The notes under the pieces: generated by a model
Database searches by the model: none
Told to the model about the DNA's origin: nothing
The model's input: the letters and a program-made list of their open reading frames with translations, nothing else
Program-made: the position numbers and the translations under genes
Origin: Eledone cirrhosa
Taxonomy: Eukaryota
DNA length: 64,000 bases
Assembly (NCBI GenBank): GCA_964016885.1
Contig: OZ024740.1
Coordinates: forward strand, 278,876,001-278,940,000
Direction of reading: 5' to 3'
In this document: in pieces, positions 24,965 to 39,716 of the stretch
How positions within the stretch are numbered: the first letter of the stretch is position 1
Layout of the letters: the number at the start of each line of letters is the position of its first letter

Positions 24965-26940
24965 ATACTGTAAAACATTTAGTGTCACTTCTTTATTTTC
25001 TGTTTTCAAAGTTTGCTTTGAGTCAACAGTTGGAAGAAAGGAAAGAAAAAAAGGTACAGCATTCTGGGGGGATGGGTGTGACAGAAGAGATTATTACGAT
25101 TTATTTAGGGAGAAAAGAACAAAGTCAATGATTCTTATCAGGGCCTCAGAAACTGGTGAAAAATAAGGAGGGTGTTATCCTCAAAACAGGCCCAAACCTA
25201 GCCCAAATGCTTGTGACACAAGTTGACTCCAAGGACCAGGTGATGGTGTTAAACAAGGCAACAATAGATTAACTTTAACACTCAAGTAGCAAACTGTGAG
25301 ATTTGAACTAAGAATGGAAAGAACTGGAACAAATACTGTAAGGCATCTCATCCAACACTCTAATAATTCTGCCAATTTTTATGGGGACAATTCAATCAAA
25401 TTATTTTGTTATCACTTGAAAATTTAAATTTGAGCTTTGTAAAATAAAAAAGGTTTGTTTTTTTTTAAATCAACATTTACAACAATAAATGAATAAGTTA
25501 CAATAAGTTGTGAGTTTAAATCAGCAGTTGATAATTAATTCTGTATTACAGACACCAGAAATAATTTTACATGTTTTTGTTGTTGTTTTCTTTCTGCTTG
25601 TATGAAAGTAAAAAACAAATCATCTTTATGGATTTCTTAGTTATTTATAAGAGATTATAGAGATCTTTTATTTTCATCATGTTTTTATTTGCCCTTTTCC
25701 ATGTTTTTTTTAAGAATATCAAGATTAGTGGGAAATGTTGTCAATCAACAGATTAACATATTGTTTAATTTTTTTTGTTTGTTATTTTTGCTTTTATTTT
25801 GTTTTTTTTTGTTTTGTTTTGGTTTTTTGGTTTTTTTTTTTTGGTTTTTTTTTTTACTCTGCATATAAATGTTTTAAGTCATGGTTGATGTAATTTACAT
25901 AAAGCTATTTACATAAGGGATTACCAATACCAATCTAACAAATGCCCTAAATGTAATATTCACACATATACATACATTCACAAGCATACACAATCATAAA
26001 TATATGAATATATATTTTTTTTATATATTATGCATGTGTGTGTGTGTGTATGTGTGTGTTGTAAAATTTTCTTAGCAGGATTGTTGTTAAAAAATAGATG
26101 CTATCATGAGGCAATACAAGTAAAAATTTAGATTAAATGACATATACAGTTTTCTAATGTATATAAGGTTGAATGGTTTCACAAAGCTACACTTTATCAT
26201 TGAGTTAAGTTAAAAGGATAGTTACATTAATGTTCATGATACTATACATTGAGGAAGCCAAGTTGTTTCCATCACAAATAGAACCAATGAGGTTGCCTCT
26301 ATTCAACCTCTTAGAAGTTAGTCAAATCTACCTCAAATTAAACCCTAGTCTTAAAATGGAATCAAATAATGGTTTCTACTTTAGACACAAGGCCAGCAAT
26401 TATGGCGAGGGGGAAAGTCGATTAAATCGACCCCAGTGTATTACTGGTGCTTTATTTTATCAACTCCATAAGCTAACCTCAATGGCATTTGAACTCAGAA
26501 TGTAAACGGCCAAATAATATCTTTGGATATGCATTATCTAACATGTAAATTTCTTCTTTTTTTTTCTTTTTTTTAACACTTCTTAGACTATGAAAATGTA
26601 TGTAAGTAAAATGTAATCCCCGGGCCCAACAGAGAGGTGAGCAGCCCTGTTTGAGTACTAACTTGGTCAATCACGACCCATCCAACCCTTGCTAGCAAGG
26701 AAACAGATGTTAAATGATGATGATGGTGGTGGCGGTGATGATGATGATTACTATGTTGAAGTAAGGGTTAAAGTAACTCAAATATAGATTCTTTAGCAAT
26801 AAATCAACCCTGATTCAGTAGACCTATGACTGAAGATATTCCAGCTTTGATCATCTAATGTGTCCTTCCCATTTTTTTAAAGATTCTAAGATGTGATCTG
26901 ATAGAGATTTCGTTGCTATTTCTAGCAAGCTGAACAACTA

Positions 26941-27138
26941 TGAGGGTCAGCTGAAAAGTTCATAGGCTGACCAAAATATTCTCATGGAATGACCAAATGT
27001 GGTTTATTTTTCAACATAGTCTCTGGAAAGAAACAATGCAGTTACTAATAATAATAGTTGAAATTAATGCATGCAAGAATTCAGAGCTCTAGCATCACTC
27101 CTTCATAATCAGCCTATGAACTTTTCAGCCCACCCTCA
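26941..27138. mobile_element. mariner-derived MITE (intact)
   Basis: TA-TGAGGGTCAGCTGAAAAGTTCATAGGCTGA ... TCAGCCTATGAACTTTTCAGCCCACCCTCA-TA; ~30-bp TIRs and TA TSD. Confidence 0.9.
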
Positions 27139-27468
27139 TACATAGAGGTTTCCAACATTGGCTCAAAAGTAAATGGTAGAGTTAATAGGATACTAGACAA
27201 ACATCCAATAGTTCAACCATTTATATGCTATCACAGATATTATGATACTAACTTTCAATTAGTCCTTTGCCTACTAGCTGTAAACAGATTATTACAATAT
27301 AATACTCCTCAATATAAGTTGCAACAACACTAAAATTAACAAATGCATCCATGGTTTTTGGTGCTATGACTACAGCTTAGAGTTGGATGGAGCTCTAACA
27401 AGCTGACCACCTTTAGATACACTACTTACAGACATCTTTGGTAACCTGTAACCTAATAGATATGAGCA

Positions 27469-27672
27469 CCCTTTAGCATTTAAACCAGCCATATCCAGCC
27501 AGAATTCTCTCACCCCTTTCTGTTCAAGCCAGTCATAACTGGCCACTCTTACCGATGCTAACATATTGTTCTCAAAATAAATATCAAAATCTCGTTGATT
27601 CGATATTATGTGAGATAAAGCCTTTTCTGTGAAAATACAATAGTAAATATAATGTGAATGCTAAAGGGTTAA
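27469..27672 (+). mobile_element. piggyBac-type MITE family A
   Basis: CCCTTTAGCATT ... AATGCTAAAGGG-TTAA. Confidence 0.85.
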
Positions 27673-28404
27673 ATACATCACAGAATGTATCTTTAAAACA
27701 ATGTAGCAACACAAATTTTTGTATCCATGAGATACATACTAAAGTTCTCTTAATATTTAAAAGATTTACATGTAATCCAGACTTTCAATACACATATTTT
27801 TCTATCACTAAAGAAAATTATTAGTACATCATATTTTCCCATCCATATAGTAGACTCATTAAACATTTATAAAATATAGAAGACCATTCCTCAATTACGG
27901 AAATTCTGAAGACAGAATATAATCTAACCTGCTATCATTAGACAGGACAACCATAATCCCTTCTAATTTTGGATTAGACTTCTTCGTCCTTCTTCAACCC
28001 AGAAAGCAAACAGGCAGTGATATATCAAAAATGTGAACCATTTGGGGGAGATGGAAAAAAACTATCTACATTGCCTTGCAAATTCTTAAATTTTTAAGCA
28101 TGTTCAGGTAAAAAGGATATGATTTTCTCAAAAACAAAAGAAAAGTAACCATATGATAAATTGTGCCAATCTTAATGAAGTTAATGATTTGATAAAAGGA
28201 TTTTCAATGAGCAACAATTGAACTTTTCTTCGTGATATTCCAAACTTTGCAAACAGAATTGTAAATGCCTAACTAGATCAAACATAAGTGACATGTGCTA
28301 ACCCTCATTCTAATTAATTTGAAAGTTTAGAGAATACACTCGAGAACCCTGGACCTTACACTGTCTGATTATATCTTTCAGATTCTTGAAAATACTAATA
28401 TGGT

Positions 28405-28519
28405 CAATAATTCAGTGAAATTAGTTAAATATTTGTTGGGTCAATTTGTGACACTCATAACAATAATTCAGTGAAATGAGCTAAACATTTGCTGGGTCAA
28501 CTTGTGACACTCATAACAA
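28405..28519. repeat. 56-bp tandem duplication
   Basis: caataattcagtgaaat..gggtcaa.ttgtgacactcataa x2. Confidence 0.85.
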
Positions 28520-31500
28520 AAATTATTTTACAGAAGAAACTGATGATCTTGGTAAATACAAGAAAAATTGCATTGAAATTTGATGGTTATGTTGAAAAAT
28601 AATAAGATACTTTAAAATCCAACTTGGTAGGAGGGGGCGAAAAATAAGTGAAAACAAGTAATGGGTTTTCCTAAAAACTAGATGGAAGCATTTTACCAAT
28701 CCTTAACATCAATCATTAACTCTAAACATCTTGTAATGATTTAATAGAAAATATCTAAAAACGTGTTCAGATGTTTATAGTTTTAGTAAAGGACAGATGA
28801 TTGAGAAAATTTACAATATCAAAGACTTCTAATTTTAAATTTTATTCCTTCATAGTGCTGATTTATAATTTTCAAAAATCTTTTGCTAATGTGGTACAGG
28901 ACATTATGATTGAAATATTTGCTCAAGATACCAAAGTCATTCAGCAGGATTAGTTCTGGCTCTGCAAGTTTTAAGCCAACTCATAATTTCTATGTTTTCA
29001 TTTATAGTTTCAATAATTTGTAATGTTAAATGTTTCATACATTTACAACATAGCTTTCCTGCGTTCAATCATGACCCTGTAATCTGCTAGGCTGAGATTA
29101 TGTAACATGGATTGAATTGTATTCAACCACACACACACACTTACATACATGCATACAAACACACACACACACATACATATACATACATACAGACAGTGAG
29201 AGAATTAGAGGAGAGGAGAACAACTTCAATAACAATTTGTGTACTGCTTTTTTTCTCCTCCCCTCATGTTGTTTGGTACAGATTATTCAGGCACTGTTCA
29301 TACTCTTCCTCTACATGTAACTCTGAATATTTAGTAAAGAAACTCTCATTCTAGGAACTGACTTTGCTATAAGTTTTCATTTCATTTTTTTAGTACTCCT
29401 GGAATTTATGACACCAGTCTAGTACTCTCTTAATATAGTTTGTAAGAGCTGCTAAATATTAACCATTTCATTGTCATATTTCTAATGAAGAATTTGGAGG
29501 AATTTAGTAATATAACTTTGTCATTAAGCTATGTTTGGAACAAAACTTAACAAAGCTTCTTACATAAAATTTTGATGAAAGGTATTTAGATAAATATAAA
29601 CATTTAAAAAAAAAAAAATTTTGTACTATAGAATGAGTGGTGGTTTCAGGTAGTTTGATATCAAAAGAGTTAATATAATTGTTTCTACTTTAGGCACAAG
29701 GCCAGCAATCTGAAGGGAAGGGGAAAGTTGATTAAATCAACCCCAGTGCATAACTGGTGCTTTATTTTATCGACTCCTTAAGGATGACAGGCAAAGCTAA
29801 TCTCGGCGAGATTTGAACTCAGAACATAAAGGGTCGTAACTCTATGCCGCTAAGCATGTTGTCCAACACTTTACCAATTCTGCCAATCCACTGCCCAAGA
29901 GTTAATAATATAATGCACCTATGTAGATAAAGTTTCACAATTATGACCCCAGTTGTAACTAAGTCAAGACTTGTAGATTTGTTGATTAATTTATCTCTAT
30001 TTGATGCCCACAAAACAATCCCATGGAACTAATCAACTGATGCATTCTCTGTACAATACTCAAGTTCCATGTCTATAGACACCTTGTCAGAGTTTACTGT
30101 TTTGATGGCTTATCCCATAAGAGTGCAGCTAATCCAGTATATGTATGAACCCGTAACTCCTGAGGAATTTGTAGGGGGCGCTATATTGATATTTGGCATT
30201 TCTAAGATATCTTTAAACCTGGTGGAGCCCATCTCCTCTCTAAGGAGAGTACTAATCCAGTACAAACTGGCAACGTGATTTTAAATCACAATTCTTTGCC
30301 AAAAGAATCATTGTAAGAAATGATGCTTCAAGAAACAGTCAACTTTTAGTAGGTGAATACCATTGATGGTGATCATAGATGTTGAGTCTGACGTTGAATT
30401 CAGAGTAGATGGGGCCTGTGTCTTACTAAGATTGATAGTGATAGTGAAAGCTAAGACAGAAAGCTTCAATAATTTGCCTATAATTGGTACCAAAGAGTGC
30501 AGTAATTGACAAGAACAATGATTTTTTAATCAACTCTACAAGTGTTTTAGTCCAAAGGCTCAAACTGTAGAAATTTAAGAATTGGTTAAGTCAGTTTCAC
30601 AAGAATATTACTCAGTCAATATCCTGCAGGACATCATGAGAAAACTAAATAAACATCATTAGACTATCAAAGAGCAGAGAAATGTCACTAATCTAGTCAA
30701 CTCATAGATGAGACAGATGTTGGTGATCGATTTTCAGAGATATTTGAGCTTTACCAGAATAATCCCAAGAGTTCTATTAACAATGTCAAAAAAATATGTT
30801 TAACTGATGAAGAAAACAGCAGTTCAATATTATTCAATGCATTTTTCCCACAAGTTTCAGAGATGACCTCACCAATAGTGCTAGCCTGAAACAGCCAGAA
30901 TGGTACACCTACGCTTGGTAAATAAAAGAGTATCATGTGATTGGATTAAGTAGAAACAAAACTATATGATAGATTTGCTGCGGGCAGTGGCATACTCAGA
31001 AAGCTAGCATAAAGCTGTTTTTCCACACTACATGAGTGACAAGAAGATCACAAGGAACAATGGAAAAATATATATTAAATAGATTCACATGTCTTCATCA
31101 GTCCTTTTTAATGATATATCAGACTAATTCCTTGAGATAATAATGGATTTTAATTTAGGTACAGGGCTAGCAATTTTGGGAAGGGGAGAAAGTTGATAAA
31201 ATCGATACTAGAACTTGATTAGTACTTTATTTTATTTAGCCCAGATGGATGAAAGACAAAGGTTACCTCAGCAGCGTTTGAACTCAGCAAGAAAGGAGCA
31301 ATAACTAAATGCCATGAAGCATTTTCTCTGATCCTTTAATAATTCTATCAATCCAATTCCTTGGGATAATAATTGTTTCTACTTTAGGCACAAGGCCAGC
31401 AATTACCCAGTGCATTACTGGTACTTTATTTTATCGACCCCGTAAGGATGAAAGTCAAAGTCAACCTCGGCAGGATTTGAACTCAGATCATAAAGGGCCG

Positions 31501-33722
31501 TAACTCTATGCGGCAAAGCATGGCGTCCGACCCGCTACCGAATGAAACTTATAAACAATGAGCAAATGGCTATACACAACTTGACTTCTGTTTTCAGAAC
31601 CATATATAAGGGTACTTGTTAGAAATGGAGGATTGAAGAAGTTAGCTGAAATACCATTGTAGAAAACTCTGAACATTTTATAAAAGTTCCAAGAAAATGC
31701 AGAAATAGTTTAATACTACACCAATGCAGAAATAGCTCCCACAAATCAATAAAATCTGCCACAAGAAATCAAATAATTTTCCCTCATCAGTTGTGGAACC
31801 TAAGGGTTTCCAGGCAATTGAAAACTTCTAGTAAAGAATAGGAAGACATGACTTATGGTTATAAGTTCAATTCTTATTAGCTGACCAATCAGTCAGAAAA
31901 TTTAACTTCCCAATTGACTCACTAATGAATCAGTTCTTCAGCAAAAGGAAATTTAATATTTTTAGTATGTGCCTGTCATCAAATATCAAAGATCTTTCTG
32001 ATAAATATCCAACCTTCATCTTATCCTAGGATTACTCCATTTTTCAAGTTTCAAAGTAGTAATCTCACCATTAAAAACAAAATCTAAAAATAATGCATGG
32101 ATAAATAGTAGTTGAATAGTCCAAGCTTGCTCAAGAGATTAGACACAACCTCTGAGTTTTCTCTTGTGTCTGTGTAAACAATAGTCATGACTACAAAGAT
32201 CATCTCAAACCTACTGACTTATACAAAGCAATGATTCACTTAAGAGACCTAAAAACTGCAGTAACTAAAGCAATGAATAATTCCTTCAGTATAAATGTCT
32301 TGAAGTCACAAAAATATATTTATTTTTTAGTCAGTTTTGATTTATTACCTCTGTGTGTCCCTACATCAGATTTGTTTACCTAATTTATATTAAAATATGG
32401 TTCACAAACTCAAATGAAATCCAAACTCCATTCAATGACATGTAGTTTAGGCAGTACTTCAGCAAGAACACAAATTTTTCATTGCATTGTATAGTCCCAT
32501 AATTCCTGATGGAGTCATAAGGGCACCATGATGACATAACAGCATATTTAGGGCAGTTTAAGCCTGACAAAGCCCATCCCTCTCTAAGTCTGAGCACAGA
32601 AGATTTCTTCCAAGGATAGAAAGTAAGAGGAAGTGAGAAAGAGATATAGAGGAAGAATTGACCCAATACTAGACTGGTACTTTTTTATCAACCTCAGAAG
32701 GATGAAAAGCAAAGTTGACCTTGGTGAGATTTTGAACAGAAAGAGCAGACAGCCAGAACAAATACTGCAAAGCACTCTATCTGACGTTCTAACAACTCTG
32801 CCAATTCACCACCAGAACACAAATATGACTAACCAAATGAGAAACATTGTTAGGGATGAGGTTTTTTTTTCTTTCACAACTGTAATGAAGTGAAATTGTG
32901 AAAGCTTTTGAAAATCAGGGAAATTACAAAGATCCTCTATCCAAAAAAATTTGCTTAGGAAGAAACTGATCTCTTCTTTCTCTTTCAATGATTTCATCTA
33001 TATCATCAACTCTTTTAAAAAATTCAAGATGACCCAATCAACAATTTAGTAGATGTTAAAAGGTTTATAGACCAAATGGCCATGTATAGAAAAGCAGTAC
33101 GTATTGTTACACTTGGATTGAAGTACAAAGAACATCTCACATAAATTGATAAACAAAAACAGGCCCTCCTTTATGGCATAGCAACTCTTTGGAATATATT
33201 CCATTATACCAAAATTTAAAAAATAATACAAAGAAAAACATGACTTGTGATTTAAAAAAAAAAAAAAATCAAATTGTTAGCATAATAACTGGACAATACA
33301 TAATTTAACTTCAAAATATCTAACTCACATACGGCTTTGTATGATTCAGTTAGTAAATTATTTGGCACACATTACATATGTACATACACATATATAAATG
33401 CACACATTATAGACACACACACATGCATCTGTTGAAACAGTCAGTGCACACACACACACACACACATGCATCTGTTGAAACAGTCAGTGCTTCTGCAGTT
33501 CTGGTAACTCTTTTTTTACACATTCATAGCTTACAAAACAGCATTAGTTCAGAAGATAGTTTGTATACATATAAAGACATTACATATTTATATCATATAT
33601 ATAAGCATAATTGAAAAAAAAAAAAGAATGACTTCACTTTTCCTTTTTTCAAATATACCTAACTGTACCAAGGATTTCACACATTTTTCAGTATATAAAT
33701 ATATATATACACACACACACAC

Positions 33723-33758
<36 letters not shown>

Positions 33759-34773
33759 GGTGTTTATAAAATAGCTTATACTTTTAGTCCAGTAATTATA
33801 TGTGCTTTTTCTTTTCTCTGCTAGCCAAGTACTTATTTTAATAAACACTAGAAGAAATTGAACTCAGATCATTAAGGGCCTTTACTAACTACTGCAATGT
33901 ATTTTGTCCATTTCTTTATCAATTCTGCCAATTTAATCTCTCTCTCTCTCTCTCTCTCTAATAATAATAATCATTTCTAACATAGTCACAAGGCCAGCAA
34001 TTTTGGGGCAAGAGGGAAAATCAATTAAATCTACCCCAGAAGGATATAAAGCAAAGTTGACATCAGCGCAATTATTTGAACCCAGAATGTAAAGATTTGG
34101 AACAAATACCACGCAAAGCATTTCGTCCAACACTAACAATTCTGCCAATCTACCACTAAATAATAATTGTTTCTACTTTTGGCACAAGGCCAACAATTAC
34201 CCAGTACATTACTGGTACTTTATTTTATCGACCCCGTAAGGTTGAAAGGCAGTTAACCTCGTTGATTTAGGCACAAGGCCAACAATTTTGTTGGGACAGA
34301 AAGTCGGTTAAATTGACCCAAGTGTGTTATTGGTACTTAATAATAGTTCTATCACAAGTAGAAATGAAAAAAAAAAAAATGATTGATAAATTTGAGGGAA
34401 GAGGAAGTCTACCAGAAAAAAATAAATGGAATGTCTAAAGCAATGAATAAACAACTGGAAAAAAAATCAGGATGATAATAGAAGTGAAATGATTGTAGTA
34501 AACAAACAGCACTGTCTGGAATATAAGAAGCTTTGTCTGTATTCATGCAGATACTAAAAGAAGAGAATTATGGATTAATGACTAGCTTTTGTTTGTAAAG
34601 ATATTAATGACTAAATATTCATAGACTAATTTTTGTACAGTTTCTCTAATCAACTGAAGAAGCTCTCATTGCAGTTATTTTCTATTGTTGAAAATATTGT
34701 TTGTGTAACATCTCTATTTTCCTGAATGTAACGACTTGAATGTAACACTCATTTATTTATTAATTAATTATAG

Positions 34774-34917
34774 CAGTTGTTCCCAAAGTGGGTTCCGCAA
34801 AAAAAGAGTAGAGGAGTATATTTATATTACCACCATAAAACAGTATTAGACTGGGGTTTCCCAAAAAGTTTCTGAACCAAAAAGGGTTCTACATTTGAAA
34901 AAGTTTGGGAAACCTTG
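34774..34917. mobile_element. hAT (Charlie-like) MITE, degraded
   Basis: CAGTTGTTCCCAAAGT ... AGTTTGGGAAACCTTG termini. Confidence 0.5.
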
Positions 34918-36980
34918 AATTAGTGTTGCATTGATAGTGTTTCTATAGCAATAAGCTACACGTATTCTTTAATGGTGTGTATTTTAGCTAGAATGGATAG
35001 TTAGCACTGCTAGATTTTTGTACTTATTCCTAACGTTCCTGGTAACACCCGATACCACAATAATGCAGGAACTAAAACATTGAGCCATTAAAGATACCAG
35101 AGGGAAATTGAGTTTCTGATGATTCTACATAGACTCTCTTCAAGAAATCCTGAGCTATCAATGGATTTTTCTTACATTGCCAGATCCAGCTCTAAGAATG
35201 AACTTAAGCCCAACAGAAGCCAGATAAAACATCAACCATTCATTGTTTCCAATAGTGGGCTACATATACTTTTAATTCAAACATACAACAATTTAGGGGT
35301 TCTAACTCCAAACCTTCCACATGGTCAGATGCAACACCATCTCAGAAGCACCATAAAATAATAAAATATGCAAATTTGTAGTGAAGAATATTATTACTCT
35401 GTATTATTTAATTCCTAGAATACGTAAAAAAAACACCCAGTCCACTCTGTAAGATGGTCATGTTGGTGACACAAAAAGCACCCGAACCAACCTGTCAATT
35501 GGTCATCTTGGTGCCATGATAAAAAGCACCCACGCTGTACTGTAAATGTAGTTGACATTAGGAAGAGCATTCAGTCACAGAAACCTAGCTAGAAACAGTT
35601 CTGTATGAGCAAGACACAATCATCTAATCTGACTTGGTTAACAACAGGACAACTCGTCTAATCCATGCTAGCTTGGAAAAATGGATATTGAACGGTGATG
35701 ATGATGATGAGGATGACACAAATTTGATAAAGCAGCCAGCACTTCCCACAAAGACTGAAATATGTGCTTCTTTTATTTCACACGATTTCATAATTTCTCA
35801 CAGGAAAATTACATTCTACTCTGAAATGTCAACAAACCATGCAATATTTTTAATTCAACAACTTAAATGAGTGGAATGGAATATTACAAAAAAAGTCATA
35901 AATGTATGATGAAAGACTAATACTTAATAGCTACACATCTCTTTATTAATCAATTCAACAATGTCCAACCCATGCCAGCATGGAAAGCAGACATAAATGA
36001 TGGTGATGGTGATGATGATGATGATGATGATGAAGAATGTATATGCATTTCAAATGGCCAAAATGTCTCTTCAATGATGCAAATATAAAAGATACTATCT
36101 TTCATAACATTATCTTTATATTACCTACAGATCATTTCAACAAAAATTATTTTGTAAAAGGCCTTTGGCAACTTCCAGGGATGGAAAAGCTATAGAAAAA
36201 ATTCTAGATTTATTATTCAACAATTTTCGTTTTGCAATGAAATTTAATAAAATTCCAGTATCTAAATACCTCTAACAAGATCTAAAGCAAATCATTATCA
36301 AAGCAGTTAAAAACTGTCTGCCTGAGGACCATCTTGTAAAGCAAGGACTTGGCAGAGTTATTAAGGCATTGGATTAAATGCTTTGCAGTAATTTGATCTC
36401 GCTCTCTGTGCCTTTAGCTCAAATTCTGTCACAGTCAACTTTATCTTTGATCATTGTTTTTCAAGGAGGGGGCAGGGTCGATAAATAAATTTACCAATCC
36501 AGAGTAGTGGATTGATGGGATTTTAAAGCATTGGAAGATATGCCTTGCAGTATATATCTGTTTCAGCTCTGTGCATTCTGAGTTCAAATCCCACATTCCC
36601 ATATCCTGTCACCAGAAAAAAAACTGGATCCTTCAAAGACATGGTGAAAATGGTGATAATAGGCTTGGAAAAAAACATTTTAGCATGTCCCTACGTTTTT
36701 CAGCTGATGTCAGCATACAAACAAGTAAGAGAGTATGCAAGAAGAGGTTCAAACTCTGTGAACTCACTCCTTGTTGTGTGTAATATACTACAACAAAAAA
36801 AAAAAACAGAAAGAAAATGAGCATCATAAATTCCAAACAATCAACCATGAAAGTATATTCCATTTATTGCTCTATTTTTCTAGTCTGGCTCCTATTTGGG
36901 ATTTATTTGCTTTTACTGGAATAAATCATTTTAGAGAAATAGAAGTTATTTTATAAACACCTATAAATCTTATACACACA

Positions 36981-36982
<2 letters not shown>

Positions 36983-37046
<64 letters not shown>

Positions 37047-37062
37047 TATATATATATATATA
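36983..37062. repeat. (TA)n microsatellite in the probable SIRT1 3' UTR
   Basis: Repeat read directly from sequence; the UTR assignment is inferred from its position downstream of the stop. Confidence 0.85.
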
Positions 37063-38512
37063 ACACACACATACTGATACATAACAAATATACTCATATT
37101 ATACATATATCTATATTTACACACAATTATATCTATATACAGATTCTCACATCTTTATATATACATGCACATCTATACACACACATACACACATAACATC
37201 ATAATTCAATATAGAAATGGCTTCCACACGACTACAATTGTTTCATTCATATATTAAATTATGATGTTTACACTCTACTAATGTATTGAGTACCTTTTTT
37301 AACTACACACATATATATATATACACACACACACACATACATATACGCATATTTATATAAAGTATCTGTGTGTACATCATATATGTATACAAATTATATT
37401 TATATTTTTATATATATATATATATATGAGTGTGTCTTTGATCATTCTATTTCATGTCATAGATTGTTTGTCCTATCATTTAGCTCAAAGTTTCCATTTG
37501 AAAGAAAAGCAGCAGATCAGCACCAAAATATAAATAGCTTTGTGATTTGAAATGAAAAACATTTTGTTAAGGATTTTGTTTCTTTTATGTTATTTTTGTT
37601 ATTTTACTTTCTCTCTCACTCACTCTCTCCCTCTCTATATATATATCTCTCTCGTCTGCTAACTGTAAGTGTTTCAGTTTCCCAACTGAATGTTAAATAA
37701 AAAAAAAAATTTCTTTAGAACAATGTCTTTGAAAGATTATTTGCCGAAAATCCATACAGAGGAGGTCAAATTCTTACAAATGAAAAACTGATGGTAGCAT
37801 TCAGAATAGAAATCACGAAAGGATGTAGTGTAAGAGATATGATTCCTTTTTTTTTTTTTTATGTATTTAGTATGTTGTCTTATTTAAGCCCAAGACATAC
37901 AAATTTTTCCCTTTTTTTGTGGGGGCTGGGGTAATTTATCTGTTGCTTTAGTTTTTTTTAAAGTTTTATTTTTGTTATAATTATCAGTTAAAATAAATAT
38001 AGAGAATAACAAAGTCTTTCATCTCAAAAGAAATACTTTTGGTTTTGTATTAAGAATTTGTGACAAGATTTTGTTCGTTATTTTTTTTTTTGTCTTGCCT
38101 GGTTAGGTTAGTTTTTTCTTGAAATTTTTTTTTTTAATTTTAATTTTTTAACACATTTTTTTCACATTGATTTGTTGTGTTATCTAACAAGTGACCAATC
38201 TCCCAAGAGTTTTTTGTGGTCAGATATCAAAATAATGCCCATATGTCAACCCCATCAGTCACAGTCTGTGTTTTAGTGTTAGCATATTATTAACGGTTAG
38301 TATTTTTTTTTTTTTTTTCATAGGATGGTGAAATGAAAGTGGAATGAAAAAAATATAAATAAAGAAGAGTTTAAAGGACATTACGTAAGAGTGGGATTTA
38401 GTGTTCTCTTTTGTTTGTTTATAATTCTGGCTTGTTTTTTTTTTCTTTTTTGGTCTTTTATATATTTCAACACATATATTTCAACAATACACACACAACC
38501 TACAGAAATCAT

Positions 38513-39201
38513 TTATGTTTTATCAACATCTTTAGTTGCTGATTCCACTTCTGCTATTAATAATTTGGCAGTTGTGTCTGTTTGGGGAGGACTGTTGGAG
38601 CATGTGTCCATTCGTATATGATGCATTTTGTCGTCAGTCAAAGCAGTCTCGTTATGTTGTGTGTTTTCAGTGCACTCCTGACTAATGTAAGGTACAGCCG
38701 ACAATCTGTCCGCTATTGATTCACCATCAATAGTATAACCGTTCTGTTTATTACCACCACTAAGTCCAAGGAAATTTTCTTTACTCATGTCCTGCATGTC
38801 GACTTGTTCACTTTCAAGATGCTCTTTGTTTTGACAATCATCTAATTGCTTGTTGAAAGAAGTGAGAGAAGAAATCGTGTTTGCTACACCCTCCAAATTC
38901 TCCAAATGAGGAGGTACATTTAGATCAGAATTTAGAGCACAACTGTCTCCTACATGCCCAGTCAGATGATGTTTGTCAGGGGAGATATCAACAATATTAT
39001 TCAAAGCATGTTCATCAGAAGTATTAAAACCATTTTTCATGACACTATCGTTGCCATTGTCTTCATCTGAGAAATTATCCCAACTGCAGCTACTTCCAGA
39101 CTGATGACTGTCAGATTCAAAAATCATTTCTTCATCTTCAGAATAGATTTCTGCACCAGGGTACACATACTGACTAGGTGCTAGAAATAGCACTTGGTTC
39201 T
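38513..39201 (-). CDS. SIRT1: SIRT1 terminal coding exon (CTR/ESA segment plus acidic tail)
   Basis: tttcag acceptor; QVLFLAPSQYVYPGAEIYSEDE resembles vertebrate QYLFLPPNRYIFHGAEVYSDSE; the 226-aa ORF in the track ends at TAA 38513. Confidence 0.93.
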
Positions 39202-39442
39202 CTGAAAGTAAAATATATTATATATAAAAAAATAAATAGATATATACACATGCACAAATATATACAGATACACACAACTATATCATCATCATCATCATCA
39301 TCGTCGATAGCTAGCATGGGTTAGATGGCTTTATCCCATTTAGAGGCAAATTGGGTCGGGTGACCGTATCTTGCTCATATAGGAGAGTTTCTGGCTGGTT
39401 TTCTATGGCTGGATGCCCTTCCTAACGCCAATCACATTTAAC

Positions 39443-39503
<61 letters not shown>

Positions 39504-39681
39504 CGAAGGAATTGTTGTAAGGAACCAGATGGACCATAACGCACCAGAGTACTCAATACTTTGGGTAGTAGAGTGGGTAATAGGAAAAAGTATGACCCCC
39601 GACGGCTATTTCTGGACTCAGAAATAGTCCAGAAATAGCCGTCGAAACGGCTTGGGCTCTGCCGTCGGGGTCATACTTTTT

Positions 39682-39716
<35 letters not shown>

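Noticed and set aside
30290-32310. Coding-like patches suggesting another gene
   Set aside because: Frames are broken by stops and SINEs with no consistent splice pattern. Most likely old LINE debris that could not be classified.
23290-38512. SIRT1 poly(A) site or a very long 3' UTR
   Set aside because: Many minus-strand AATAAA/ATTAAA candidates occur in AT-rich DNA; one cannot be chosen without transcript data.
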